A DNA stretch of 64,000 nucleotides from Okamejei kenojei (Eukaryota), in contig CM069149.1 in NCBI GenBank assembly GCA_035221665.1, forward strand, positions 19,964,001 to 20,028,000, written 5' to 3'. A program made the position numbers and the translations under genes. The notes below the pieces were generated by a model. That model saw nothing but the letters and a program-made list of their open reading frames with translations, searched no databases and had not been told where the DNA came from. Shown piece by piece: positions 1 to 13,050 of the stretch (position 1 is its first letter; each line of letters starts with the position of its first letter).

Positions 1-244
1 AATAAAAAATATAGCAAATTCATCATACTTCAGAAGATAGTGCTCTCAAAATAAAAGCATACAATAATAATGCTTCCTCTTGGTCCATTAATCATCAGTT
101 TATAGCGATCTACAATCTTTGAGATACAAATAATTCTTAGAAGAAATCACTTTTCTGGAAAACAGAAGCAACAGTTTTGCTGAGGTAGTTTAAGTCTTTC
201 TTTGGTACAATAAATTTGTGAAGTGTAGTTCATGTTGATGGTAT
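1..244 (-). other. LRIG3: Start of LRIG3 3' UTR (continues beyond window)
   Basis: Follows the TAG stop; no minus-strand AATAAA seen in 1-244. Confidence 0.75.
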
Positions 245-483
245 CTACGTTTTAACTCTGCACGGCTGAAAAGTTGGAGTCCTACATTTATCAACATGTT
301 CATAAGTACTATTGTGTTTCCCTGTGATGGAAGCAGAGAGACTCTCCGATTCTGTGTCAACATCACAATCACTGCCCAATGTTCCATGCGGAGTATGAAG
401 AGTTAAAGACCGAGATGCAGCTGGCTGAACATAATCAGAGTAGGGATCCTGGTGTGTTCTCCACACTCGTTTTCCAAATGTCC
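245..483 (-). CDS. LRIG3: LRIG3 terminal coding exon 19
   Basis: CAG acceptor at 486-484; GTFGKRVWRTHQDPYS...CRTPTFQPCRVKT-stop, matching the LRIG3 C-terminus (TFGK...RTPNFQ). Exon lengths sum to 3312 nt = 1103 aa + stop. Confidence 0.9.
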
Positions 484-1742
484 CTGCCAATAAATTGCAA
501 ACATTAAAAAGGGCAAAAACAGAACCATTTTATCCTATATAATTACAGAAATTTTCAAACTACCAATTGCATAATACAATTTCTAGATATCAGTTGGTTT
601 CTCTACAAATAATCAAACTCTATTTTGGCAAAGTATAAATAAAAATGAGTGAAAGCCTCAAGATAGAACTACAATGCAAAATAAATGATTATGTATGCCT
701 CATAAATTCAAATAAGTTTGAACCCTGCTACAATTTCTAGCCTAAACAGGAGATTAACTTCAACAAGTTTAAAAACTTTTGATGTATTCTTTGACAATTA
801 GAACACTATTAATAAACCCCATAATGCAAGATATCCTTAAATCTTGAATATAATGAAGCTGTTCAATGTTGTAATATATCTCATGGACGTGTGAATGCCT
901 CAGTGGTTTCAAGTACGTTGCTTTTCAAAGAGTCACCCATGAACATACGATAAAGCTATCAAAGGATTAAGTTGCTGACATGCCTGTGTCCAGTAAAAGA
1001 TGGAGCCAAAAGATAAATTTTCCCTTCATGTCCAGTTAAGCAGAAAAGTTCTGTAAATTTTTAATCCTGAACAAGAGTCAGGAAGATTCACTGAACCACA
1101 GAAGTCACAACGTTCTTTGAACACCACTCAACTTTCCAGTTTCCATTTAAAAACAAATCTGTCCCATTTACAATGCAATCTTGCTTCACACAGAAAAAGC
1201 TGTGGTAAGAATCAACTGAAAAGCAGCCTGCTTTATATCACTAAAACAAATGATGCAACTTAAAGATCGAACTGCTTAATCATACAAATCTAAATCAGAC
1301 TATTTCAAAGAGCATTTGAATGTGCACGGTCTGATTATTTGCGCAACCGATCCTCATGGCCTGCAGTTTGCCATGATTTCAGCAAGATTGCTGCGGACAT
1401 ATTATCTTCAATTACTCCAAGGCATGAAACAAAATTTAACAAAGTGACCAGATTTCATAATTTATGTAGGCATTCAATAATGAATACAAAAGACAATAAA
1501 GTTGGTCAAAAATCGGGGAGGGGGGCAAAAAACAATTGAATTATCAAATCAACTTAAGATATCAGAAATTAGCTTCAGTACTTAACTGTAATATTATTGT
1601 GGGGAATAAAACATTTTACTTGAGAAAACTGATGGCCAGAAAAGGAGTACAACAAACATTTTAATGAAACATTCAGAATTGTTCAATCTTCTGCACGTAC
1701 ATATTGCAATAATTTAAGCGTAACATTGAAAAAAATACCTAC

Positions 1743-2000
1743 CGCCATACATATTGTGCGTTGCTGTTAATCTTTCTGGATTCCCGTTTGAAACTGGTAT
1801 GTCAACAGCAGTCACTTTGTGTGGAGTTTGAACAGGATTGAATAAGTTTGAAGTTGGGAGTTGTGTTATTTTTTTTGCAACAGCTTGGTCAAAGTAGTCT
1901 TCTGGGGGCACTTGAATGAACTGAGAGTACCCTTTCTTCTTTGAGTAGATGCTATCATTGTAGGCACCAGCACAAACTGCCATCTGGTCAGAACTTTCAT
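1743..2000 (-). CDS. LRIG3: LRIG3 exon 18 (cytoplasmic)
   Basis: 258 nt open frame, CAG/GTAGGT, phase 1-1; contains YSKKKGY and GNPER, similar to LRIG3 YIKKKECY and ANPEP. Confidence 0.8.
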
Positions 2001-3279
2001 CTGGTTTGAATAACAAATATTACAGTCAGAAAATGTGAGATTGCAATGGTCAACAAATCAACCAAGTACTCACTTAAATGATCAGATCCATTTGCCTTTA
2101 AAAGATTAAGAGACGATTACCTCAAATTTATGAAATAGTCATGAAACCCTAAGATAGATGCACTGGGAGTGGATGAATGAAACTTGAGAGAGTACATGGA
2201 CAGCCGGGTTTTGGATGACCAAGCTTTGTGTGGAACATATGGGAAAGCTAATAGTTATGTTTAAAGGTAACAATCACCAAAAAGGGGGTCAGCAGATAAG
2301 CTGAAGTGGAATGGAGTTAGATAGTTCTCTGGAAGTGGGTACATGCAGTCCGAGCAAAGATGTGCATAATTGGAAAATCTTGGAATTTGTAATTGCACAG
2401 AATTACAAATTTGTGGCTTCCACTGATTGTCTCCGGATGCTTGCGTCCTTTTCAGGACGGATGATGACATTGAGGTCAACATTTGCAACAAGATGGACAC
2501 GAAAAGAAGGATTATACATTCAGCAATGGCAAAGGGTGGAGAAAGAATATGAGAAAAGCCTTCATCTTTGTCACAATCATACCTGATGTCACTTATGACA
2601 AACAAGAGACATTATGATCCTGTGCTATGGCATATATCTATTTGGAAGTATTCAAATGCTTAATTCTAGGAAAGATTGGCAAGGAGTTAGGCCTTTGTAT
2701 GAAGGCCTGATTAAGATGTTGGTGTTTGGCAAGTCAGCAATAACATTTTTCACCAAAAGAGGACTGAAGAAACAAAAGTGTTTGCAGGCAGAAAAAAATG
2801 GCCAAATAAATTTTGGGCGTTGGTTTAGGAAACCTTTAAGATCACCATTCTAAGATTCCAATCATTTGGATTTGGTTATGCTCAAGCTAATATCCTATAC
2901 ACATTTCTTGCCCTTATTTTGCATCAGCTATTTCTGTAAACATTTGAATACCAAAACTACTGCCGCAACTGCTAAATTCCTATTTACATCATTGAATTTC
3001 TAGGTAATGTGAAACAAATCTGCATGATAAATTCAAAATTAAAGAAAATTATTCAAATTCCTGAACTATAATTGTTTGAAATGGCAAGTGGAAAATAGGA
3101 GTGTTACGGCATTAGTCAACTATCAGCACCATAGTGTGTGCTAGGACTATCACAGTTGGTGGACCACTATGCCAATTGCAACCATAAGTTTCCGGCACTG
3201 CACATAACCTTTTCTTTAATTTCACTCAATGATATTATTGCACTGACACAAACTCAGAAAATAATGTGGAAAGTATCTA

Positions 3280-4762
3280 CAGTGCCCTCCATACTGTTTG
3301 GGACAAAGACCCATCATTTATTTATTCGCCTCTGTACTCCACAATTTGAGATATGTAATAGATTTTAAAAAATTGCATGCGGTTAAAGTGCACATTGTCA
3401 GATTTTAATAAAGGCCATTTTTATACATTTTGGTTTTACCATGTAGAAATTACAGCAGTTTTTATACATAGTCCCCCCCCCCCCCCACATTTCAGGGCAC
3501 CGTGATGTTTGGGACACAGCAATGTCATGTATATGAAAATAGTCATGTTTAGCATTTTGTTGCATATCCTCTGCATGCAATGACTGCTTGAAGTCTGCGA
3601 TTCATGGACATCAGCAGTTGCTGGGTGTCTTCTCAGGTGATGGTCTGCCTGGCCTGTATTGCAGTCATCTTTAGATTATGCTTGTTTTGGGGGCTAGTCC
3701 CCTTCAGTTTTCTCTTCAGCATATAAAAAGGCATGCTCAATTGGGTTCAGATCAGGTGAATGATCATTTTTTAGCTTTGAAAAACTCCTTTGTTGCTTTA
3801 GCAGTATGTTTGGGATCATTGACTTGCTGTAGAATGAACCGCTGGCCAATGAGTTGAGGCATTTATTTGAACGAGCAGATAGGATGTATCTATCCACTTC
3901 AGAATTTATTATGCTACTACCATCAACAGTTGTATCATCAATGAAGATAAGTGAGCTAGTTCTCTCAGCAGCCATACATGCCCACGCTATAACCCCACCA
4001 CCATGTTTCACAGATGAGGTGGTATGGTTTGGATCTTGGGCAGTTCCTTCTCTCCTCCATACTTTGCTCTTGCCATCACTGATATAAGTTAATCTTCATC
4101 TCATCTGTCCACAAGACCCTTTTCCAGAACTGTGGTTGCTCTTTTAAGTACTTCTTGGCAAACTGGCCATCTTATTTTGTCGCTAACCAGTGGTTTGCAT
4201 CTTGCAGTGTAGCCTCTGTATTTCTGTTCATGAAGTCTTCTGTGGACAGTAGTCATTGACAAATCCACACCCGACTCCTGAAGAGTTTTTCTGATCTGTC
4301 AGACAGGTTTGGGGATTTGTCTTTATTATAGAATTCCTCGGTCATCAGCTGTGGAGGTCTTCCTTGACCAGCCAGTCCTTTTGCGATTAGTAAGCTCACC
4401 AGTGCTCTTTCTTCTTAATGATGTTCCAAACAGTTGATTTTGGTAAGCCTAAGTTTTATTCTTGTTTCTCAGTCTCATAATGGCCTTTTTGACTTTCATT
4501 GGGACAACTTTGGTCCTCATGCTGATAAACAGCTATAAAAGTTTCCAAAGGTGATGGAAAGACTGGAGGAAAGACCAGGTGCTGAGAGCTCTCTGATATC
4601 TACATTAAGGAGGCAATTAAACAAACCTGAGAAATTACAAACTCCTGCGAAGCCGTGTGTTCCAAACATTATGGTGCCCTGAAATATGGGGGGAGACAAG
4701 AAGAGTACAGAGGCAAATAAATAAATGATGAGTCTTTGTCCCAAACATTATGGAGGGCACTG
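3280..4762 (-). mobile_element. Tc1-family (IR/DR type) DNA transposon with decayed transposase
   Basis: TA|CAGTGCCCTCCATA... left end and ...TGGAGGGCACTG right end; inner direct repeat CAGGGCACC.T.ATGTTTGG in both TIRs; transposase remnants MRTK.., WTDE, KHGGG, QQ(V)NDPKHT, SPDLNPIEH with frameshifts and deletions (~3560-4520). Confidence 0.92.
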
Positions 4763-4774
4763 ACTCGATCTTAC

Positions 4775-4921
4775 CTTGATGGCTGATTATGTCCAGTGTT
4801 TCAGCATCATACACAATTCCTCCAACGTACATCGAGGCTGCACGGTCAGTGTTGTGAAAAACCAGAGGATCAGATATGCCTTCTATGTCAGTATCGCTTC
4901 CATTGTCAATGTGACAAAGAT
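4775..4921 (-). CDS. LRIG3: LRIG3 exon 17 (cytoplasmic)
   Basis: 147 nt, AAG acceptor and GTAAGA donor; LCHIDNGSDTDIEGISDPLVFHNTDRAASMYVGGIVYD, resembling the CHIDNSSEADVE segment recalled from mammalian LRIG3. Confidence 0.85.
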
Positions 4922-5357
4922 CTTTAAGAAAACAGAGACACTTTAATCACACTGATCTATACAAATATTTCCATTTCCCAAAGTACAATTTTCTGTACAT
5001 TATCCTTAGAAACTGCTTCTAATACTATTGTTTATTTAATTGGTAGGGGTAATTTTTTTTAAAAATTATTCAAAGAGTTCAGGATCACAGTCCAGCAGAA
5101 CATGTATTACCCATCCTTAATTATGCTTGAGAAAATAGTGCCAATTTCAAGAATCATTAAAAAATACTCGTGATACTGACGGCATGATAATGCGAGAATT
5201 TAGTAGCAATTTGGTGAAAGAACAGCAACATATTTCCAACTTGGCATGGTGCAAATTTTGGGATAAGCAGGTGCAGGTGGCAATATTCTGATGTGCTTCA
5301 AGTCTTTCCCTCCTTGGTGGTAGTGGTCATTGGTTTGAGAGGTGCTGAAGCAAATAG

Positions 5358-6108
5358 CAAAGCCGCAAAGTTTTGTCAGAGCATTTCAGTATTCTAGTAC
5401 CTGAAATTCAGTATTTTTACACGGTGCCATTTTGCTGGGAAAAAAAAGGTTCTTTTTTTTTAATGTGCGGTCATACCCATGTAAGAGTATAAGAATGCAT
5501 AACTTTGCTATCAATTGACATGTCTTCTACGCACCTTACTTGACAGAGCATTCATTGCCATCTCTTTGTATACTGCTGTTTGAACGTCTGCTTCCTGCTT
5601 TTAGCACCAGATGATGATGTAGAAGCAATTTTGATAGCCTCGCTCTCCCTCATTTTTTTTCTCCCTCCCTCTCTCTCTCCTCCTCCCTCTCCCTCTGTAC
5701 CTCCCCGAACAGTCTGTGACCCATAGCGCTGTGGGCATAGCGCTATGTGTAAAGCCCATAGCACTCCAGCCGGTAGCGCTATATTTCAAACCCATAGAGC
5801 TGCATCCGACAGCTCTTCGTTTAAATTCCCACACGCTAAACTGACAGCGCTGTTTAAACCCCGAGCGGGACAGGCAGATCAAAGCTTACCAAAATAATTA
5901 TCCAGATCTTGAAATTCAAAATACTAATAGATTTAATCTGCTATAATTTTTAGATGTACAGTATGATTTTTTATATCCTTGCATTTTTTAAGCATCAAGT
6001 CGGGCCGATTAAAACAAAATCCTTATTTAACAACGCAAAATCATACATCCGTATTCTTATCGTATTTCCATACAAAATGCGGAAAATCAGTACTATTTGG
6101 CAGCTCTG
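5358..6108. mobile_element. Putative non-autonomous DNA transposon (hAT-like TIRs)
   Basis: Right end TTGGCAGCTCTG vs left CAAAGCCGCAAA (9/12 inverted match); subterminal inverted similarity (TAGTAC-TGA..TTC.G.ATTTT); AAATAG on both flanks. Confidence 0.45.
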
Positions 6109-6926
6109 AAATAGCTGGAATGTATTTCGTAGAGAATGCAGTACTGAGCTCAGGTGGGGAAGGGAACAAATGCTCAGGTTGGGTACCAGTCAAATGGGAT
6201 GATTTGTCCTGGATACAATTGGGCTTTGAGGTGCTGGAATTGCATTTGACCGGGAAAGTGGTGCATATGGCATAATGTTTTGAATGTTGAGAAGATTCAG
6301 GGGATTTGGAGGTAGGTCACCTGATACAGGACATCCCACCTCTGATCTGCTTGCATAGCCAATATAGTTGACTTCAATGGTGGACAGCACTCCCCCCCCC
6401 CCCCCACCCCCACCCCTGTAGTTTCTTGTTCCCACGTGGAGTGGAATCAAGCTAGTTTGAGACAGCTTTGCATGATGTGCAAAGTTCAGAAAGTGGAGAC
6501 TGATCCATTCATCACTTCTGACTGATTACAAATGTATTTACAAATATTTCAGGTTTGTCCTCAACCTTTCTATGTTAAGTGCTGCTACTGTGCAAATTCA
6601 GAAATGTTATTCGAGCTTCCTTCCCCTGTTGATAGATGTAGTAAGCTGCACAGATGCATTTGACCCACCGGTTATGAGATTGTTTACCTCTGACTATTTA
6701 ATGTTTTTATGTTGATTGCTAGTTAGCACACACTACCATGTTTAACCACCCTGATACTGCAATGTTAAGCACACTCAAATATACTTGTCCTTTTGAACTG
6801 TCATTGATTTGCTGTTAGTAAAACAGATCTTGAAAGTCCAGGTTGAGGAAACACACATTTCTACTGCTGCTTGGTCCATAGCACATTGGATGCCAAAATT
6901 TTGAATTGTTCCCAGTTAATGCATTT

Positions 6927-7003
6927 GTGCTGGAGTAACTCAACAGGACAGGCAGCATCTCTGGAGAGAAGGAATGGGTGCGGTCAAGATCTTTCTTCAA
7001 ACT
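6927..7003 (-). repeat. Penelope pseudo-LTR-derived repeat (degenerate core)
   Basis: GCTGGAGTAACTCAACAGGACAGGCAGCATCTCTGGAGAGAAGGAATGGGTG family signature. Confidence 0.8.
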
Positions 7004-8111
7004 CATTTACTTTTTTTTTAAGATTATTTGGATAGCTGTGGAGTGAGAGGAGGGCTGTACGTTCAGATGGGGTGAAGTTAGAGTAGGTAGAGTAATTGGA
7101 AAAGTTGAGACTGTTTATGTCACTCCGGCAGTTCAAAATATATAAAAGGTCTAGAGGGTAGAAGGCTGCCCGGTGGAATCCAAGAGGGAGACTGGTGGAG
7201 CATCTGAAGTTCCTTCCTACACAAGGTTGGGGAGTGTTGGTGATGAGGGAGGCCGTTTGCTCACCATGAAACCAGAACCGTGTCTACAAATTGCGCAGTG
7301 GTCAGTTCTATTAATTATTTCAAAGACAGGTGCACCCACATCTAGGTTGATGGTATGAATTTGTTTAACCCAAGTGTTCGCTCACTCACTACCTGACACA
7401 GAACCAATCTGGCAGCCAGACTCAACATCACCACTGAGTGAGTTGACTATTATACCACTTGGTAATGGATGTTGATGTCTTCCACCCAGGGTGCACCTTG
7501 TACATGCGCTACTTTCAAAGGATTGAATATGTTGCACAACCAGAGTACCAATTCATCAATTGAAAATATTATTTGGCAAATAAGGAGCATTTTCGTACCA
7601 TGTTTAACCCAGAGCCATGAGACATCATGAGGTCTGGATTAAATGTTGAAAACTTCCAGATCCCTTCAATTTGGAAGTCCTGCCAAGGCAGGTGGAACAT
7701 ACCCAGGAATTGGAATGGAGGACTCTGACATGTTGTCTACATGCTATGATTTTGCAAGTGTGACGATGCCAGAATGTTACTTGTGGGACAGCTCACAATC
7801 ACCCCCCAGATGTTTGAGGGAGACTCTGCCTGGTTGATTATGATTGAACTTGGTGCCCGGATCCATGCGGAATAGCCAATTAATATTATTTTTGTGGGCA
7901 TGAGATGACTTTTTATTCATCACATTGCCATCTATGCCTTTGAGAGCTTAAAAATTAACATTAATAAACCCAGAATATAATAATTTTGACTGGTTTAGTT
8001 GGCAACCTGGACTGTTACGTTTACAGACTAACAAGAACCAGAGCATGCATGCACGTTAACTTTGAAAATGAAGGGATTTTCCCAGGCAGATTTTTTTTCC
8101 CCAAAACTCAC

Positions 8112-8270
8112 CATCACTTCCTCTGTGTTGAAGCAAATATCCATTCATAGAACCTGTCATAAGCTGATGGTGACTTCCAGCTTCGGATCGCCCATAGCCT
8201 TCCTGATGATCTGACAGTGTTCCCTGGGATGACAAGTAGCTTGAGATATCTGCAGGCAAGTTAGTCTCAT
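8112..8270 (-). CDS. LRIG3: LRIG3 exon 16 (juxtamembrane cytoplasmic)
   Basis: 159 nt, CAG/GTGAGT; ETNLPADISSYLSSQGTLSDHQEGY, containing the LRIG SYLSSQGTL motif. Confidence 0.94.
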
Positions 8271-10010
8271 CTGAGAAACAACAAGAACAGCTTTAACATC
8301 TGGTCAAATTATTACTTCATAACTAAAATAGCATATTAAGTTACTCAAATAAAATCCCTTAAAGTTGCTTTAGTTCCTCTCAGAACACCAAAAAGTTTCA
8401 TTTTGCAAAATTTTGCCAATTTCTGAACAGAGGTTACTTTGTACATCCATTTCTGATTTACTGTTCACAATTTTAATTTCTGTAGTCCTACTTTTGCACT
8501 AACGTTGCTAATTAACTTTGAAAAATATTCTTAACATTTTAAAATTGACACAAGTCTATAACTAATTAAACATTTTGTTTCAGTTAAAGAAGATATTACA
8601 CATTCAAGATCCAGTGTTCACTGCACAACTTGTCTACATTATGCCGCACCAAACTCTGGATACACAAGGTCCCAGGGGCAAAGTGCGAGCACCTGTCTTA
8701 GGTTAGTTAAGCTCAGAGGAGAACCATAGGGACAACATAAAGCCTTCAGGACTCTAGTCATAAGAGTTGGTGATAATGTTTGGGAGTGGGTTGTTGTTTA
8801 TTCCACATCATCGCAATTGAACAGGAGTCACAAATCAAAAGTAGGACCACATAGACAGTACCTTTTCACATAGCCTAACAAAAGAGGTGGTCACAGCTAT
8901 CAAGTGTGGGGGAAAAAAGGATTTAAAAAAAAGCAAAAGATGAAGACTCCAGTGATACATTAGAGAAAAGCAAACTACTATATAATTTTAATTGAAAATG
9001 TTCATAAAAATTTCAATTTCAAAACCCCAAAGTAAATATTTCTCAGACACAAGTGTCTGCAGTTGCTGCAAACTTGAGCAAAAAAGATTGGAGGAACTCA
9101 ATGGGAGAAGTAACTGTGAAGGCAGACATTTGGGGTCATGACATCTTCTTCCAAATCTATCTTTTACAATAATAAAGTGTGCTTTAAAGCGACAATTATG
9201 CCAAATGAATCAATATACCTTTATCTCAAGAAGAAATGCAGAAGTGTTTGTTTTTAAAATGCTACAGTGAGTCAAACTGAAAATGAGAATATAGGTGCAA
9301 GTGATGAATTAACCACCCTGGGAGAAGTTTTTAGGGTGGGAGGGGGGAGGATTCTAACGAAAGGAAACAAAACATTAATAGGAAAAAATATACCAGTTCC
9401 CTCGATAGCTCAGCAATATAATCCAGCAAATAGTTAAGGTATACGTGTCAAAATCTTAGCTTGATCGCTGAGCCATGCTAGCTTTAATGATTTCAGTAGG
9501 AATAACAAGGGAACACAACCAGTCCTTGGATACTTAAGAGGGGTACAGATCAGCTCGGATTCTCATTTTCAACTGTTGACTAGTGGCTCATTAAATATTC
9601 ATGTCTGAGCTTGAAATTAAGACGCAACTAAATCAGATTGTAATACTTCCTGCAGTTGAACAACATGACAGTACTTAAATGTCAGACCCCTGTAATAAAC
9701 AATCACTTTGCCTTTCGTAGCCATGTAATCACACAAGCTGAAGGCACATTTTACCTTCAATATAAAAACATGCATTGGCTGCACAGTAATGAGGATTAAA
9801 TAACATATAAAAATAATGTATTTAAAAATCGCAAAGACCAATATTTTAAGTTAAACCAAAAAATATTTGCTCTATTTTCTAATGGTACAAAATTATATCA
9901 TATCTGGGCAGGAGGAAGAAGAGCAGAAAACCGTTAAAAAATAATTTAAAATTGCGTAGTGCGTTATTCTCATTTCTATCTCTTAACAGTTTTATGTTTA
10001 AATTTCACAC

Positions 10011-10460
10011 CTGTGTTTGTCACGCTGCAGTCCTCACTCTTCCTTCTTGTGTGGTAAATAATTACTACCCAAACCAAAGATGTGCCAACCACACAACAGA
10101 CCACTGCTATGATTACAATTCCAATGGTAGACCATCCATCCTCTTCAAATGGTGTAGCACTTTGTGCAGAGTCACAGTTTGGGGTAGGTAGGACATTAAG
10201 ACGAATGTGTCCCCGCTCAGTTCCAAGGGTATTCGACATTTCACACGTGTACTTCCCAGCATCATCCAGGTTGCTGTCTACAATAATCAACAGTTGATTT
10301 CCAGCAGCAAAGAAGTGTCTTTCAGTTACTGATAAAGGACTATCGTCCTTTGTCCAGTTCAGTTTTGGCGGTGGACTCCCAGCTGCTATGCACTGTAGAA
10401 CTGCAGTTTCACCTTTCGCCACCGTTTTGTCGACAAGAGGACGCACAAATGAAGGTGTTT
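10011..10460 (-). CDS. LRIG3: LRIG3 exon 15 (Ig domain 3 + transmembrane helix)
   Basis: 450 nt, CAG/GTGTGA; [23 protein letters not shown]...[42 protein letters not shown]. Confidence 0.97.
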
Positions 10461-10719
10461 CTGGATTAAAAGTAGTCCGAGATTAAAAGTTTTATATAGA
10501 TCTATATATTCATATCTTTATCTTCAAAAGTATTAAAAATGCATCAACCACATATTAATATTGTTAATATTTACACAGGATACCCCAAAAATTCTATCCC
10601 AAGACCAACATTAAGATAAAACAAAAAATGTTTGCTCCATTTTTAAATGGTACAAAACTATATATTTCTTTAAATTTCTCATCTGCTCAGTCAAATGACA
10701 AGTTTATACATGTACTCAC

Positions 10720-11001
10720 CTAATACAGTTAGCGTTGCATTGGCTGAAATTGCTCCAGCACTATTTTGTGCAGTACAGCTATAAATTCCAATGTCCTCCA
10801 CTTTGACATCTACAATAAAAAACACATCATCTTCTGGCATAACATGCATCCTTCTCTCTCGTGCAGCGGGGAAGTCAGTGCCACCGTCTTTTTGCCATGC
10901 TATCTGTGGTGTGGGATGCCCAATGGCAGCACATTCTAAACGGGCCATTGCTCCTGCTCGAATAGTGAGGTCTGTGGGTGACTTTGTAAATGATGGTAAC
11001 A
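10720..11001 (-). CDS. LRIG3: LRIG3 exon 14 (Ig domain 2)
   Basis: 282 nt, TAG/GTGAGT; [61 protein letters not shown]...ANATLTVL. Confidence 0.97.
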
Positions 11002-11465
11002 CTACATAGGGCAACAAAAGCAAAATATTAAATACATTGTCATTATGTCTGTTGTACACATTAATTCTCAACATAACCATGACATTTACTTCTCAACTAC
11101 AAATAGATTTATGAAATGGCAGGCTTTGGAAACACACATTTCATAAGGATAAAGACAGGTAATTACATTTTGAAAGGCAGGTAATGGAATTCTCAGAACT
11201 GCAATAAATGGATTTCTCAAGAATTCATTCTGAATAACCAGTTCTTGGGTATAAGCTTGGCATTTTTTTAATTGATGGCTTTTAACACGTTTAAGTGTCT
11301 ATTCTACCCAAAAGCCATTGGCATATTATAGATTGCCATCAGATGACTTTAAGTGAATACCATGTTCATCATTTGCTGGGATATTTAACCTTTTGAATGT
11401 CATCCCTGATTAGAAACATCCCAAACAACTAAATTACCAAAATATACTTGCAGCTCAATACGTAC

Positions 11466-11786
11466 TATTCACAGTCAGCTTGGCTTTGTTGGAGTAGGAT
11501 GAACCAAAGTGGTTAGAAATCACGCACTGGTATTTTCCTTCACTGCTGAAATTTACATGTCGAAGACGCAAGATGGTAGTATATTCCATTACTTCACCAC
11601 CTTGAGAACGAAGATGGGCATAGTTCTCAATCTCAGCTTCATGAAGCACCTCATTATCTTTCTTCCAGGCAAATGTCATTGGAGAGTCGCTGCTGCTGGC
11701 TGCTGAGCAGATGAAGCTCACATTCGAATGTTTTACAGCTGCTTGTGTTTCAGGCTGTTCCATGATCTCAGGTTTGGGAAAGTCAT
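11466..11786 (-). CDS. LRIG3: LRIG3 exon 13 (Ig domain 1)
   Basis: 321 nt, CAG/GTACGT; [43 protein letters not shown]...[22 protein letters not shown]. Confidence 0.96.
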
Positions 11787-11961
11787 CTGTAAGGAATTAT
11801 TTTTCAGTAAGTTTAAATTCAGCAAAAAAAATGTACATCAGAAATAATAGATGGACTTTTTTGTAATGGATTAATAAAACACTTTAAAATTATTCATATT
11901 AATCACCTTTATTCAAACGATTGAAAATGTAACGTCGTTTAAACAAAAATTCATAACTCAC

Positions 11962-12125
11962 CACATACAAACTCTTCTGGTTTAGTAGCAAATATACTTC
12001 TTCCCTTCAACCACTGGGGATGGGCACAACTTGCATTAATGAAAGATTGAAATCCATGATCAATTGCCCATTGGTGCAGCCACTTCAGCTGACAATCACA
12101 AAGAAGGCTTGAAGTATTCAAGTAC
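11962..12125 (-). CDS. LRIG3: LRIG3 exon 12 (LRRCT)
   Basis: 164 nt, CAG/GTGAGT; YLNTSSLLCDCQLKWLHQWAIDHGFQSFINASCAHPQWLKGRSIFATKPEEFVC. Confidence 0.96.
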
Positions 12126-12304
12126 CTGAGAAACAAGTGCTCACAATTATCCAGTTGGAATAAGATGAAAAGTAAAAGAAAATCATATTGCCTGAATGAA
12201 CTACAGAAGCAGGATTTGAGATGATTTTGTTAAGATGCAAGAGAACTCCAAAATAAAGTTACAGGCACTTCACATGATATAATATCCACAATTATCTCAC
12301 TTAC

Positions 12305-12376
12305 AATTCATGAAGTTTCTTCATCTGAGAAAAGGTGTTGCTCTGGACAGACATAATCGCGTTATTGCTCAGATCC
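12305..12376 (-). CDS. LRIG3: LRIG3 exon 11 (LRR)
   Basis: 72 nt, TAG/GTAAGT; DLSNNAIMSVQSNTFSQMKKLHE. Confidence 0.95.
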
Positions 12377-12568
12377 CTAAAAAAAAAATAAACGTACACT
12401 AATTTAAAAATATCTTCCACGTTTCCACCAACTTTAAAAATATCAACATTTGTAGATATTAATTCAACGACTCTTACATTGACTTTTGCCCAATTTGAAA
12501 TATATTGCATTCAAATTATTAGTTTAGTTAAAAGGGCACAACATATTTTTTAATTGCCAAATAGATTT

Positions 12569-13050
12569 TGGCGATGCTGGCTCGAAGGGCCGAATGGTCT
12601 CCTCCTGCACCTATTTTCTATGTATTTACGAAGGGCACCAGTATTTTTAAATTGGCAAATAGATGCCCTGGGTTAGAGAAAAGTTGGGCAGTCTAGGACT
12701 TTATTCATTAGAGCACAAGTGGGCTGAAGGGCGATCTTACACAAGTGTATAAAATGAAGACAGGAATAGATAAAGTGAATGCGTAAAGTCATTTTCCCAG
12801 GATAGGGGAATCAAAATCTAGAGGGCAGAGGTTTAAGATGATGAGGGGAAGTTTAACAGGAACCAAAGGGGCAACTATTTTGCTGACCATGCCAGATATA
12901 CAAAACAAACTGCCAGAAAGTTGTTGAGGCCGTTCAATAACAATATTTAAATGTCATTTGGACAGGTATGTGGAGATGAAAAGCTTTATAAATATATGGG
13001 CCAAATACATGCTAAAGGGACTGTTTTAGCTAAGGCACCTTGGTTAGCAT
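12569..13050 (+). mobile_element. CR1 LINE 3' tail plus older CR1 3' fragment
   Basis: GGCTCGAAGGGCCGAATGG...CTCCTGCACCTATTTTCTATGT tail; degenerate CR1 C-terminal sequence at 12670-13050. Confidence 0.7.

Larger units (their letters stand above)
5080..7860 (-). mobile_element. Old fragmented non-LTR retrotransposon (CR1/L2 group) interrupted by younger inserts
   Basis: Degenerate blocks at ~5100-5350, 6110-6480 and 7030-7860 resemble a common elasmobranch LINE; no intact ORF. Confidence 0.4.

Noticed and set aside
2261-2853. Overlapping ORFs of 79-114 aa in intron 17
   Set aside because: No recognisable domain or splice-compatible frame; probably decayed repeat sequence
9385-9610. Possible ancient SINE remnant (similar hints at ~8610, 44560 and 59800)
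   Set aside because: Too degenerate to define boundaries or family without a search
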